NCBI GenBank assembly: GCA_951406725.2
Contig: OX597831.1
Span: 17,980,001 to 18,044,000 of the forward strand
DNA length: 64,000 nucleotides
From: Octopus vulgaris
Taxonomy: Eukaryota
Direction of reading: 5' to 3'
Position 1 is the stretch's first letter. Each line of letters begins with the position of its first letter. The position numbers and the translations under genes were made by a program. Under the pieces are notes generated by a model. The model saw only the letters and a program-made list of their open reading frames with translations, did not search any database and was not told the DNA's origin. Positions 1-13,202 of this stretch are shown one piece after another.

Positions 1-1174
1 CACCAATACATCCCAAAGCTTCACTAACCGGCATATATTTTTTTCTGTATCTTACTTTATCTTTATGTTCACATTTTTATTACTTTACCCCTTTATACTT
101 TATTTTTATCTTTTATTCTTATTATTCGTTTTTATATTTTCGCTTCTTTATCTTTTTTCATTTATTATTCCATATTTTTTCACGTCTACACTGTCACAGT
201 ATAACTCTGGAAATTTCGACTAAACATACGACACCCTTTGTATATTTATATAATTATATACTTTTTATATTTTTTCATATTTTTTTTTTTTTTACTCTTT
301 TATTACATTTTGCACCTACTACTTTCCCTCTTTGTGATCCCAAACTCATTAAAGATTCACCCCCCTCCAACTCCTTCCCTTTTTATCTCAACATCCAACC
401 TCCTCATTCTATATCGAGTGAAAAACGGTATACACGCTTTGTTTTTGTTTTGGTGTCTCGCTCTGCTGTATACAACTATGAAGATTCGCATCCCCAACGA
501 AACTCGTCTTTTTCCCAAACTTATAATGTAATACATGTCCTTGGTGTGGTAATTGTGCGTGGCTGAAGAAGGCTATTGACATACATATTACATCAATTAT
601 GCATTGATATAAACTGTCCAATAAAGCCAGAAATATATGTACCACTAAATCCTTTGCATAATGTTTTTCTTTTGATAAATATACCCCATCACCTACACCA
701 CTAACTTGCATATACAGGTGCTTACAGTTATCAAGTATTCACCCTGAATTTTTTGTACCCAACTTACATATATAGATAGATAGGTAAGAAGGCAGGTACA
801 TAGGGATATAGATATGTACACAGATAGATTCATATGTAGATATATATAGAGATGGATTGATAGACCTATAGATGCATAGATAGAGAAAGATAGGCAGATA
901 TATATGTAAATGTGTATATAGAGGTTTGACCAAAGTCACTTGATACAAAATCGAAAACATTTCATTCCAAGATCCAAAGCAACAAAAAAAAATAAATTAT
1001 TAGTGTTCGCTAATAAATCGAGAAATTTTGAAAACAAAACCCAGATCATTTAATTATTAAGTATTTCTAATTGGAATGAATAAATACAATTGAATTTAAA
1101 GTATTTATGAAATTTAGTTTTGTTGCCGGGGGAATTATGGCCCACCCAATATATATATATATATATATATATTT

Positions 1175-2312
1175 ACAGTGTGCGATAGATGTTTGAAGGA
1201 AAATCTATGTTAATAAATAAACAGATACATAACAGATAATAATTTTATTTATCAAACACTATTATGAGAATAAAAATAATCCTTCGTTTCTATAATATTA
1301 TTCAATAAAGCCACCTTTAGCTTCAACAACTGCTTCTATACGAGATGTAAATCATCCAGATGTTCGAATCATGTGGTCCTCGTTCATTTTGGACGTTGCA
1401 GGTTTCAAAGAATTTTGGGTGTAATGGGCATGTTCATTGACGTGTCTCTCAACAACGCTCCACATATAAAGACCCAATGAATTAAGATCTGGGGATGTAG
1501 GAGTTATTATTAGGGGTTATGTGATCATGAAAATTTTCCGCCATCCATTCAGGTGTTACTAGACCCTGTGTGATAGTGCAGATCCTTACTGAAACACATA
1601 TAGCCTTTCATTGCATACACTGTCTATCCAGGACTTAGCAAGCATTTCGAGGACCTTAAAGTAGGCAACAGAGTTAAGTGTATGGCCTTGTGAATAGATG
1701 TAAGGAAGCATCACATATCCTTCATTGCTGTCAACTCTAAATCCATGAGAGTTGCTGAACGTTTTGTAGACGTAAGAATCTCAGGAGGGTCTGCACGTTA
1801 CCATCTGTTATTTCTTCTGTTAAATGTTTTTATGTTAGTTGGAGTTTTTCTCGTTTACGAAAAACCAAATTAAATATGCTGCATTTTTCAGTTTGTTTAA
1901 CAGCAATTTGAAGCTGATGGATTGATTTTCTCATGTCGTTTTAGACAAATTGACATTTCCTCATCATATAAGGTTTAGATCTGATGTCTTCGTGGAAAAC
2001 CTTTCGGACTGTTCCTTCTGAGACATGGAGATCTTTGGCAACTGACCTCATGGATATTCTGGGACTGTAATGAATAGTCTGTTGAATTTGCTGGAAAAAG
2101 TTGAGGGGGTATTCCAATGATTTCAGCGCATTTAGAATGCGATTTATGCTTACACCTCGGGTATACGTTTCAATCTTCAATATCAAACTCCCTACACGAC
2201 TTTCAAAAATGGAGAAATTGCTGAGGGTCTGCCATTATGATTTTCTGGATCCAAGTTTATACAGATTGAGCAATGACCTAAAAAATATATGGCCTCAAAT
2301 TACTTATGCGCC
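1175..2312 (-). mobile_element. Degenerate Tc1/mariner-superfamily transposon (maT/DD37D-like)
   Basis: HTH-like SMRSVAKDLHVSEGTVRKV and SPDLN-type catalytic-domain remnants; TA-tract flanks; many stops. Confidence 0.75.
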
Positions 2313-2371
<59 letters not shown>

Positions 2372-2668
2372 TAGATAGATAGATAGATAGAAAGATAGAT
2401 AGATAGAAAGATAGATAGATAGATAGATAGATACATACATACATATAGGTAGATATATGGGTATATGCATGTATACATAGGCAAGCAGATAGATAAATAT
2501 ATAGATAGATAGTTAGATAGATAGACAGACAGACAGACAGAGACATAGATATATCGGTAGACTGAGTTATTGATATCTCGATCGGTATATGTCTGTATGT
2601 GTCCGTGAATGTTTGTTTTAATAATTACGTATCGTAGAACTAATATTCGTCTTACTCTTCTCTCATAC

Positions 2669-2798
2669 ACTGTATACGCGTCATCTTCCCTCATCGTCGT
2701 AACCGACGGAGTGCTTCCACATACGCGTCATCTAGCTCAACATGTTTTCCTGGCTAAATTCCAGCACTCATCCCAACGTGATATCTTTGGTGAGGCAT
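2669..2798 (-). pseudogene. Cys-rich protein copy 1, exon A with two in-frame TGA: ASPKISRWDECWNLARKTC*AR*RVCGSTPSVTTMREDDAYT
   Basis: Acceptor tttcactttgtag, WDEC-x7-C motif, gtatga donor still in phase 2 (130 nt). TGA at 2739-2737 and 2730-2728. Confidence 0.7.
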
Positions 2799-4010
2799 CT
2801 ACAAAGTGAAAGTAAATACATGTTTTTTATATCGAATAGTTGATCGAGACATTTTAGAAATCCACTACGATAAAACTTTTGGATATATGGCATTACTTGA
2901 TTTTAACACATTTCAGGGAAGAGCAAGCCTTAAGATTTGAAGTAGTGTTACGAATTCTCATAAATGAGTGGTAACATACTCTTTCGTGTCCGTTCATATT
3001 TACGTTTAATTTTAAAATATTTACTTAAACAAACTATAACGATTATAAGTGGCAATTAATGTTGAGAGAAGTTTTAGGATTACCATAAATTACAAATTAT
3101 TATAAAGTACTTAATTAGAGACTATGATGGAAATATTATAGAATATAGATGGAAAGCAAAGTATAAATAGTTATTAAATTACATTATATAAATTGTAAGT
3201 TGTACACTATTACATACGTCGGTGTCTGACATCAGAAGCAATGATACACGAAATTTGTTAGAATATGATCAGTTATAAGAAGAACACTATTAAGATACAC
3301 TAAGGGGCCCTAAGATAATTCATGCATTTTATCATTTTAAATGAATAACGAATATATCGTGTGATTATAAATATGGACCATGTACGTATGACTCAATAAC
3401 TTGAGGTATTCTCGAAGCTATTTAATAAATATTGGACCGGTCTAATTTCAATTGATTTGCGCAACTCTAAAAATATTATTTTCTACTCTAGACCCAAAAT
3501 ATTGGAGAGGGGGGGCCAATCGATTAGGTCAACCCCAGTACGCAACTGGTATTTAATTTATCGATCCTGAAGCGAAGAAATGCAAAGTCGACGTCGGTGG
3601 AATTTGAACTCAGACCGTAATACACAGACGAAATACAACTAAACATTTCGTCCGGCGTTCTACCGTTTCTGCCACTTCGCTGTCTTACTAATCAAAAATA
3701 TTCTCATATCGGTTTATGATAACGTTACATTAGGAAGGCTTTTTTATTAGGATTATTGGTTTTCCTTTGCTTCTCCCAATTCAGCTCATAACATTTACCG
3801 CGAAATAAGGGATTCCAACAAATTTCGGTATTGTAATATTATTCATACACATAACATGTCACTGATTATTGCATTTACTGCTTTCGATTTGCTGAGATGC
3901 ACAGTTTTTCATTTGTAGAAGCAAGGATAAATATATTTTAGTTGCATACGGAGCGGTAATTAAACTACAGTAAATCGAAAATAAAAGTATATACCGATGT
4001 ATCAAGATGG
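2799..4010. repeat. Paralogous intron block upstream of exon A (also ~17703-18590, ~39539-39640 + ~43775-44500, ~54144-55290)
   Basis: Shared landmarks in order across the four copies: ggaagac...attttgaa (degenerate in this copy), aattctcataa(a/c)t, ttagttattaaattac (degenerate in copy 3), aagataattc, ctgatt(a/g)ttgcat. Confidence 0.85.
3482..3688 (-). mobile_element. tRNA-derived SINE (octopus-type)
   Basis: Reverse complement has the ggcagaa...gagttcaaattcc B-box head and ctggggt.gac core shared with 14058-14640, 38150-38358 and 45190-45310. Confidence 0.8.
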
Positions 4011-4413
4011 ATCTCTCTCTCTCCCTCTCTCTCTCTCTCTCTTTCTTAATATATACATACATATATATATATAATAATAAGAGTAAATAATTTCTATAAA
4101 GGCTTTAAAAAAAAACCCAATTATTTACTGGTAGAATTCGGTATGTAAATATAGCCGATTACCGGCAGGAACTTCTGTAAAGTTCAGTATATATATTGTA
4201 TATAAGAAAAAGGGACAGGCAAAACAGGTTGCTTGACCGCATACCGAAAAAATAGAAATAGCAGTCAAGAATGCTTATTTCTATCAAAGTTGGACTCCGG
4301 GCATGACATACCCTGTAATTCACATATGCAAAACAGAAGGAATAGATAACGAATACGAAGTCTGGCGGTTATCTGTGAACATCATGTTTCTGGATTTGCC
4401 TGTCCCTTTTTCT

Positions 4414-4456
<43 letters not shown>

Positions 4457-4599
4457 CATTTTATTTGGTTAATTTGCTTATATTTGTTTAATTTATACTG
4501 CATACCTAAATAAAGACATATTATATACATACTACTGCTTACAATAATTTTGTGTATGTCCATTATTTTGGGTTTACAATATTGAAAAAATATGTCACC

Positions 4600-5270
4600 A
4601 AAGAAAAGACGTAATCTTTGAAAAAACAAATAAAATTCACGGAGTATTGTAGATAATCGAAGGCGAGAATCTCAAGAGAGAAAGGAGATGAGACCTTTTG
4701 AAGACCAGCAAATAGATGCTACAGCAGGTGGATTGGAGACCCAAGATCAAAAGACACATGCCGCAACACATCGTAAGGAGTTTCAAGACTGCAGTGAGAG
4801 TAGACTTTCTCAAGATTCAGCAAGACATGATGCAGCACGTTAGACGGAATATCGTGAGAGAAGTTAGATGAGACTTTCCGAAGTTCACCAAAGGACAAGT
4901 GACGTTCCAAACATCAACAAACCCATAGTGCAGTATTTAATGTACTTAGACAGTTGTGCAATAGAAAAGCTCACAGAAACACACTACGTACAAATTCGTT
5001 ATTCTCAACTCCTACCGCTGCTTTCACATATGATCCATCCGATTCCTATAAAAAAGGATAATGTTGTCGAAATGACGGCGTTTGGTGCATCTAAGGAGAG
5101 AGATGAATATGGATTTACGCCGACGTTCATAGTTGAAGTGCAAGTCTATCACCTATTTATTTCCTTGTTAGCCACGAATGAACAACCACAGTTACTGCAA
5201 ATTTAACGTATGATTGATGTAGGACAAGAAACCCGAGGGAGAAGTCAAATCTTCAGTGGAGCCGTACATG
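4600..5270 (+). mobile_element. Helitron Rep/helicase fragment (related copy ~50600-51640)
   Basis: MTAFGASK...GFTPTFIVEVQVYH...PQLLQI resembles the Helitron FQMTSFGA...GFMPTFKVQGQVYH segment; DNA is similar to 50600-51640. Confidence 0.7.
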
Positions 5271-5274
5271 TTGA

Positions 5275-6928
5275 CTAGCCTACAGGCATCGACATTCGCA
5301 GCTATTGACATTTATAGCTATTGACTTTAAATAGTAACATCGAGAGAGACCATCGGTGACCCATAAGTCTCCGAAATATCATCTTACTTCGAGAATATTT
5401 CTGCATCCATATAGGTCAATGAAGACTTCAAAATCACCGAGGTTCTGTGTGTATGTGTGTGTGTACGTGCGCGAATACGTGCGTGGGTGTGTGAGTTTGT
5501 GTGTGCGTGTGTCTGCGAGTTTGTGTCGGAAAACCTGGTGTCTCTGATAGCAATCACATCGAAAAGTAGCGACCAGAGTGCTTTGAACAACCCTTTCTGG
5601 ATTGAAGGTCCCAGAGGCCACGTGTATTTCTACAATGCAGTCTAGGTGCTGAAAGTTAAGGTGGAGAAAAGAAAACCGGAAACCAACACGGAGTCTGGAA
5701 GATAGTTTCATTCAGTCTCCATGGAATTACGTTAATATTTGTGGATTGTTAGGAGCATAATTTTATACTCGGAATAATCACACCATTGGAGGTATTGTAT
5801 TTCACTTTCATTTATTTAAACAGTTCCAAACTTAGAAAGGGATGACGTGAAGACATTTGCTACTATAACCTTTCGTTTTCACCTATCAATATCAGGATAA
5901 TGTCTTGTCCACCTTAACAGCAAATCAGTTCGTAGAGTGTGTTTTTATTTATTGACCCAATTGTCTTTTGATAATCGTCTGCTGAGTATGTATTCCTTTG
6001 CCTGAGATTAGTGTTGCTCGAAGTCTTGGAGTTGTGGATTGTTTCTGTGTATTACATAGTGTGGTGTAGTTAAGGCCATCATAAATGTGGTGCTCCATAA
6101 ATATTATGTATTGTTATAATTTTTTCTTTTTGTTATTTGCTTGGCTGTCCAACACACACTTGCGAAATATTTCCAGGTCAGAAGCAGCATAAGCGCGAGT
6201 GGATGATGCTAGGTTTGCGTGTCTGTCTAGAGTGTGTCTGAAAATGATAGGACAGTTGCAGTGCAACAGGAAGTAGTTAATTTTCATATATTTTCCTGCT
6301 TGACATATTTGTTTTCTTTTAACGAATAAGTGTGGTCGTGAAAGCTGCTGCTGCTGTTGAGAGTGTCGTTGTGTTGTCATTGGAATTTCTGTTGCTATTG
6401 TTGTTTCAGTTTCCTCCCGTTCCAGCACTCAGTTTCTACTTTGCTTCACTTTCCTTTAATGCTTTTGGGGCTACGGAAGTCAGATGCCATGGGGGCCCTC
6501 TTTCCTACAGCTATTTGTTGAGCACATCAGGATGAAACGACGTGGGTCCCTTTCCATTTAATCCGAAAGTAATATAGCGTAAAATCTCTAACATGGACTG
6601 TGGCCAAAAGCAATAGCCCTGATGTCTCTATTCGAGGAGTGTATCAATTCCTTCCAAATAGAAACTAAAGTCTAAGTTTAGCTTCAAGTCAATCTAAGTG
6701 CATCAAGTGTCTCAATTTTAAATGTTGGGTGGCGATTATATCCCTGTCATTGATGGGAGCTATGAAGTACTTCGGAAAACCTCCACGTTCTGGTGACATG
6801 TTCTAGATCTGATTATATATGTTTTAGCGCTCCCATCACCAAGGCCTCACTTGCTGCTGCTCGGGGCGCGGTTTTACGCGACACAACCAAAAGTCACCAA
6901 CCTCGGTGTAGTTATAACAAAAACTAGG
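5275..6928 (-). mobile_element. Old L1/Tx1-like LINE remnant (ORF1 and start of endonuclease), interrupted by CR1; continues 11719-11930
   Basis: NTRGL...DVIAIRDTRF endonuclease-like start; colinear with 31890-33350. Confidence 0.55.
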
Positions 6929-9900
6929 TTTAGTTAGTTAGTTAATTTTTTGGCTCAAAAAGCAAAAAGCAAGGCCATGTAGGGGGGCATGGTGTTATGT
7001 ACAGGATAGTGTTCATGTAAAGAGTTCAGGCCACTTGTGGTCAAGGGAGACTTTGAACCGAGCGGTCGACGGCATCTTCAATATCTCGTCCGGCGGCTTA
7101 TTCCACGGATCCGCAACCCGGACGGAGAAATACCCTCTCCTTCGATTGAGATGAAATCGTCGCAGATAGAGCTTTTCGGAGTGACCCCGCAGCCGACGCT
7201 CTGGAGCAGGAGTGAAGAACAGCTCTTTGGAGAGGTTACAGTTTCCGCTTATGATGTTGTGAGCAAGAATTAGCTCGCCACGGAGTCGTCGTTTTTCTAA
7301 AGGATAAAGGTCGAGCGTCTTCAGACTTTCTTCATAAGACAAATGCTTGAGACCAAGAACCATGCGGGTAGCAAGCTTCTGGACTCTTTCGAGATGCTGT
7401 ATGTCTTTGAGGAGATAAGGAGAAGAGGCTTTAATTCCGTAGTCCAAAATTGGTCTCACCAGCGTGACATAGAGCGGTAGGAATATGGCTGCTGGGAGCA
7501 TTCCGAATGACCGTCGAATCTAGAACAGAACTCCGCGTGCTTTGTTGGCAGCATTGACGCACTGGGTCTAAGGTGAAAAAAAAGAATCCACCAAGATACC
7601 CAGGTTCTTTACCTGGTCGGTCCTCTCCAGCAGCAGATGACCCGGCTCGAAATAAAGTTGAGTTGCAGGAGAAGAGCCGACAGGCAGATGACAGCGATTT
7701 GACACGTTCAGACACGGGTCCCATTCGTTAGGCTATCTCCAAATTTGGTGAAGGCATCGACGAAGATCCTCTATATCACCGCGAGGAGCGACTAGTGTGA
7801 CATCATCGGCAAATAGAATGTTGTGTTGCGTGAGGTCGTCGGGCAAGTCATTTATGAAAACCAAGACAATAAGGGCCCAAGCACTGAACCTTGAGGCACA
7901 CCACTGCTCGCACTGGAGACGTCGGACAGCGAACCATTAACTTGGACTTGGAAGGAGCAATCTGAGAGGAAGGCACCAACCCATCGTACAATATCCGGAT
8001 GGAAACTATGTGCTTGAAGCTTGACAAGCAATAGGCGGTGGTTTACCGAGTCAAAAGCTTTGGCAAATTCCAATAAAACGATGTCAACAGCATCACCAAC
8101 ATCGAGGATGCGCGTCACCAATTCTTCCATTACCAGTAAGTCGGTCAAGCATGATCTCTTCGGCATGAAGCCGAGTTGGGAATCAGAGATAGAGGCTGTG
8201 TTTTGGAGGTGGAGCATCATACCTTTCTTAAGGATGGTTTCGAACATCTTGCTGATTATTGAAGTAAGGGAAACCGGTCGGTAGTAAAGCGGGTCTTCGC
8301 GGCTACCTTTCTTGAAAATTGGGCAGATTATCGCTGTTCTCTAGTCCGCAGGTATAACACCCGTCGCCAATGACATATTGAATAGACGTGTTAAAGGCTC
8401 GCAGATGACCGGCGCGAACGCTTTGATAACCCGTGGGTGTATGCCGTCAGGGCCGTGACCCTTGTTGACATCGAGGCCTTGAATAACGCGTTCTACTTCG
8501 TCACGCGTGATGACCGATCGAAGCATTGGAGGTACCAATCTATCAAATGGAGGGTGTTCACGACCATCATCTTGTTTGAACATAATTGAAAAAGCCTCGG
8601 CAAATAAATGACTCTTTTGATAAATGTCCTCAATCGATATGCCTGTTGAGTCTACCAACGTTGCAATTTAGTTATTTAAGCGGGAATTGTGTTGGACATG
8701 TGCAAAGAAAGTTTTTGGATTGCTACTGGCGTTTGCCGCGATTTTGTATTCATATTTGAAGCGTTCTTCCTTTTCAATTTTCACGGCTCGGTCTCGTTGA
8801 GTTTTGTACACCTCAAAAGCTGCAGACGAATCTAGATTTTTGAATACAGCCCAAGCAATATCTCTGAGTCGAAGTTCTCGTTTTACCTTCTTCGTCACCC
8901 AGGGCTTGTGTTTCTCCTTCTTAGGAAGCCCAACGGGAACTGTTTGGTCAGTCAACCAGATTACATATGCTTTGAGGGACTGCCATAGTTCGTCAGCTGA
9001 GGGCAACGTCATCAGGGATTGCCAGTCCAGAAGCGCGGAAGCCTTGGTTAGAATTTCAAGATTGATTGCAGAGAAGACTCTACGTGGCAGCGAAGTAGTC
9101 GTGGGCGTAGAAAAAGTTGCGTGCATGACGAACTTCAGGACCGCATGATCACTCTTGGTAAGAGGGGCGCACTCAAATTAGCCTGACACTGATCTTGGAT
9201 AGCGGGAGAATACCAGATCCAGCATAGTTGACTGCTGCCCAGACCGATGCTTTGTCGGATATTCAACGTGTTGCGATAGAAAACAATCTTCAGCCACGTC
9301 AAGAAGGGCCTAGCCGAACCGGGAAGATGATGTACAAATTGATGCGGGCCAATCGATCGTGGGAGCGTTGAAGTCTCCTAATATCAAACAGTCATGAGAA
9401 GCTGAAACGAATCTTATCGCTTCGAGTAAATGAGCATTGTCCTGGGGGTCGGCAAGAGGTGGCCTGTAGACAGCTAACACGGGCAGGCAAAACTCGGATA
9501 GGCTCAGCTTGCAATAGACAGCATCGAATTTTGTTGTAGGTTGAGCATTAGTGGGTAGAATACCGCTGGACGGTTTGAGATCAGATTTAACATACACAGC
9601 AACACCTCCACCTCGCCTTTTTTCTCTGTCACATCTGAAGAGGGCGTATCCCTGTAGGTGGATTTCTGAGTCCTTTACTGCTGGAGTTAGCCAAGTCTCG
9701 GTGATAGCTATCACATCTGGGGAATCACGCATGGCCAGTGTAACTAATTCGCTGAACTTTGGAAACAAGGAGCACGATTTGGTATAGACGATGCTGAGCT
9801 GTGAAGTTTGAGGAGCGGGAATTAGGGAACAAGCAGAATAAGGGATATCAGAGATAGCATCGTTGTCGAGAGTATCTACTTTACTTCGATTCGCCCTCGA

Positions 9901-11718
9901 TTCACTTTCCCTGTCAGCACTACAGCATGCGACCAGAAGCAGGACTTGATTATTTGTCCATCTTGGATGCATAAATCCTTCTCTCCCATCTGTTTTCTAA
10001 TCTTCAGTTCGGATATTAGGTTTCTCCGGCGAATTCTCTCTCTCAGTGAGTATTCCTCGCGAAAACCCATATTAGGGTCCTCCCAGGCATGCTTCTGAGC
10101 TCTGATCAGAAAGGTTGAAGCCTCCTGATCGGAAGAAAAGATTACTCGTACTGGGCGTGGTCTAGTGTCTGAGGTTGAGTTCGCTTGGAATCTTCCTAGC
10201 GACCTTATGGATACTGTCATTTTCGTTGACAGAGAACAATTCTCCAACTAAAGCGGAAACAAAATTTGTCTTCTTTTAGGAAGTTTATGCCTGTATCACA
10301 GGTGGATTCAGCTTTACCATAAATGATTGCTGATCTTGAGTGGGCAAAATGATCTTTCTATTCTCTACTATGAGCAGCGGCATTCGATTCTTCGTCGGAT
10401 AATTTCGAAAGGTTGGTTTCATAGCCATCAGACTTATGTAGGCCTTGGGGGTCGATCGGAATGGGTTTAGTGGTCATAACTTTCCCGCCTGGTTTGGGAC
10501 TGCACTGCCTCTTCCTCGGTTTGGAGGAGCGCCACTCCCCAGATGAACTCACATCAAGATCGTTCAGAATGGGTTGAGCAATGACATTAATTGGAAGGAC
10601 AAATGAGGGAGAATCCAAACAGATTTTATCGTGAGCAGATTTCGTAGCTAAATCTGACCCACTGAAGTTTTGACAACGTTCTTGTTTTTTTTGGAGAACA
10701 ACGGTCTTCAGGTGGGTTTGAGTCTACGCTCCTCAATTCAGGTTGGGGAACCTCCGGGACCGAAAAGGCAGATGAGGAAGAATCCGCACAGAAACGATCA
10801 TGTGCGGAAACGTCTTTCGTTAATTTAATTTAATTTGTTCTCTTCGATATTGATCCCTTCAGTAAACTTCTTTTTAAGTAATTTATACGCTGGAGGGAGG
10901 GCTGAAAGTTTGTTTTTACTGTAAATTGTTTATTCAGTAAATGAGTAACAACAGACTTTAGGTGCTCTACCTCTTGTTTGAGCAACAGCAACTGCTCGTT
11001 GAGATGACTGTTGGTAGGACCATCATCCTGATGAGAAGTCCTGATTTCCGGGCCCCCATGTGAAAACCTGATATCACCGATCACCTCACCAACTGAATTC
11101 TCCTAAAAAGGGTCAGCAGAGCGAGCCCTTTTCGCAGATCTCAGTTTCGATTTGTAGGTAGCTGACATGATAGATGGCTGAAAAAAACAATCTTCTATGG
11201 GCTCTAGGACAAATCTGAGTTTAAAGCAGGAACAAAAACAGCTGCAATCCTTGTTGGTGCAGGCAAGAGCAGACAAAATCTGAGAGAGTTTGGGCTGAAC
11301 CGAATCACAATCCAAGACTGAAAGCAGACGGTGAAACGAGTCGGGAACCCTTCCTAGTTGTCTGAAGCAGCTTTAGGATAAGGAATAGTAGGTCCAACTT
11401 TAGAATATTGATATGCATGTAAAATGTTCCACACGGTTAAATATCATTTGATGTGCCATTTAGTACTTCAATATTTACGTCTGCGTATGTTTGTATATGT
11501 GTAAATAATGTGTTTATGTGCGAGAAGGCACATGTTTTTGTCTTTCGTTAATTTAATTTAATTTGTTCTCACGTTTTTCCCTTTAAACTTCTTTTTAAGT
11601 AATTTATACGCTGGAGGGAGGGCTGAAAGTTTGTTTTTACTGTAAATTCTCTTTTCTCCCAACAAAGAAAAAAGAAAGGGATTTTGCATTGGTGCCACCG
11701 GTATAATTCAGACACAAG
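6929..11718 (-). mobile_element. Near full-length CR1/L2-clade LINE with disrupted ORF1 and ORF2
   Basis: APE motifs DVIAITETWL, VYRPP, GDFN; RT motifs FAKAFDSVNH, GVPQGSVLGPLL, FADD; C-terminal LEKRRLRG; (CTAA)n 3' tail. Several stops and frameshifts. Empty site at ~33230. Confidence 0.95.
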
Positions 11719-11977
11719 TTTGCGTGGCAACTGTCCTCCCCGTCACATACATAATCTTGTTCGTCTTTGTCAACTTTCTTCTTTGCTGTTTAGAGACAGC
11801 CTGACGTAACTGGTCGATCTCGCCGCCAGCCCTATGAATTCTTCTGTAACCTACCTCTCCTACTTTCAACATCGTTAATTTTGTGGCAGCTGCTATTCTT
11901 GATGCTGATATCGTTAGTGTATATATAACCATTTGTGTGTGTGTGTGCGTAACTGTGTGTATGTATCTTTGTGTGCA

Positions 11978-12013
<36 letters not shown>

Positions 12014-12029
12014 AGTGTACTTCCGAATT

Positions 12030-12400
12030 ACTTTGATTAAATAATCATAAAATTGTCTGAAATGTTTGATTTCGCGTATTCAGTTTTTTTCAGGTGGCGG
12101 AATCATCATTCCACGAGATATACAAAGTAACCCTTGTCCTGCCTGATAGTTGTTGTCATGAATATATCTGAAAATATTTGATTCATTTAACAAACGACGT
12201 CAAAATATTACTCAGGTTTTAATGTGTAATTTACTTCCGGTATAAATGACAAATAATTATGAAATATATTTAGTGAGATTCCGATATGACAACAGAAAAT
12301 ATGTGACGAATTTTTATACATTCAATATCAAAAATAATCCGGCTAAGGTTTTCAAAAATGATCTCTACCTAAACACATTCAGAGACGTTTATTTCAATAC
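12030..12400. repeat. Conserved 3'-flank block duplicated at ~33445-33792
   Basis: Shared tacttccggtataa.tgacaaata and gtgagattccgatat.acaacagaaaat.tgtgacgaa; both begin on the minus strand with AATAAA. Confidence 0.85.
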
Positions 12401-12409
12401 ATCGCGTAA

Positions 12410-12603
12410 CGGAAGAAGGCCTTTGGGTTTGATGTAATGTTTTTTATAACCCGGGCTTCTTTGTCTGCTTTCTCATTCACATATGATTGTTGCAGCCTTT
12501 TTTCGATCTCTATCAGTGTTGTTTTTAGGCGGGACGTTTCGCTACTTTTGGGATGTTGGTTGAGGCGATTTGCAACCTTCGTCCGTCGACTCATGAGGAT
12601 CTT

Positions 12604-12605
<2 letters not shown>
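12410..12605 (-). mobile_element. LINE ORF2 fragment
   Basis: IKNITSNPKAFFRYA motif typical of the region between endonuclease and RT in CR1-like ORF2. Confidence 0.65.
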
Positions 12606-12668
<63 letters not shown>

Positions 12669-12939
12669 CATATGCGTATATATTACAGTCGAAGATATTT
12701 CCTCAAAGTGCCTAACAGCTGGAGGTAAACCGGAATCATATTGTGGGGATGTATCTCTATAATCTATAATCTGTACTGTAATCCAATATATGAATGCTAA
12801 AAATGAAATTCAGACCAATTCTACGTCTATCGAGTGGAAAAATTGTGTGCAACAAATATTTTGTGATTTCAGCAACAACCTTGCTGTTAAAACTCCATAA
12901 TGGTGTTTGGGGCCATTTTGAAAACTTTTTAGCAATACC

Positions 12940-12963
12940 TTAAAAGCATCCGTGTTTCGTACG
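12940..12963 (-). CDS. Candidate terminal exon of copy 2 (RTKHGCF*)
   Basis: ttgcag acceptor 154 nt downstream of exon B. It would bring the cysteine count to an even six; otherwise weakly supported. Confidence 0.25.
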   Translation of the reverse strand, partial: RTKHGCF

Positions 12964-13117
12964 CTGCAATTGAACCGTATAGTTTTTAATATATATTAGT
13001 ATTTTTTTTTTCACAGACGATAGATATTTTATGATCTCCTGCCAAACGTATGTTTTTTCCTTGGTTAAAACATGCTTTAACTTTAGGCACAATCGAAGAA
13101 GTATACAAGAAAATTAC

Positions 13118-13202
13118 GAAGCACAGGCGATTCCTTATGAAGGCGAAATGGCCTGAAGTTTCGATAGAAGGAGGGAAACATTTCAGAAATTCTTCGTAAC
13201 CA
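13118..13202 (-). CDS. Cys-rich protein copy 2, exon B: GYEEFLKCFPPSIETSGHFAFIRNRLCF
   Basis: Acceptor atattttcag, donor TTC|gtaatt, 85 nt, phase 2 to 0. Aligns without gaps to copy 3 exon B (8/28 identical), and the flanking introns are homologous. Confidence 0.75.

Noticed and set aside
409-711. 100-aa ORF at the window start
   Set aside because: No recognisable motif; probably a decayed repeat.
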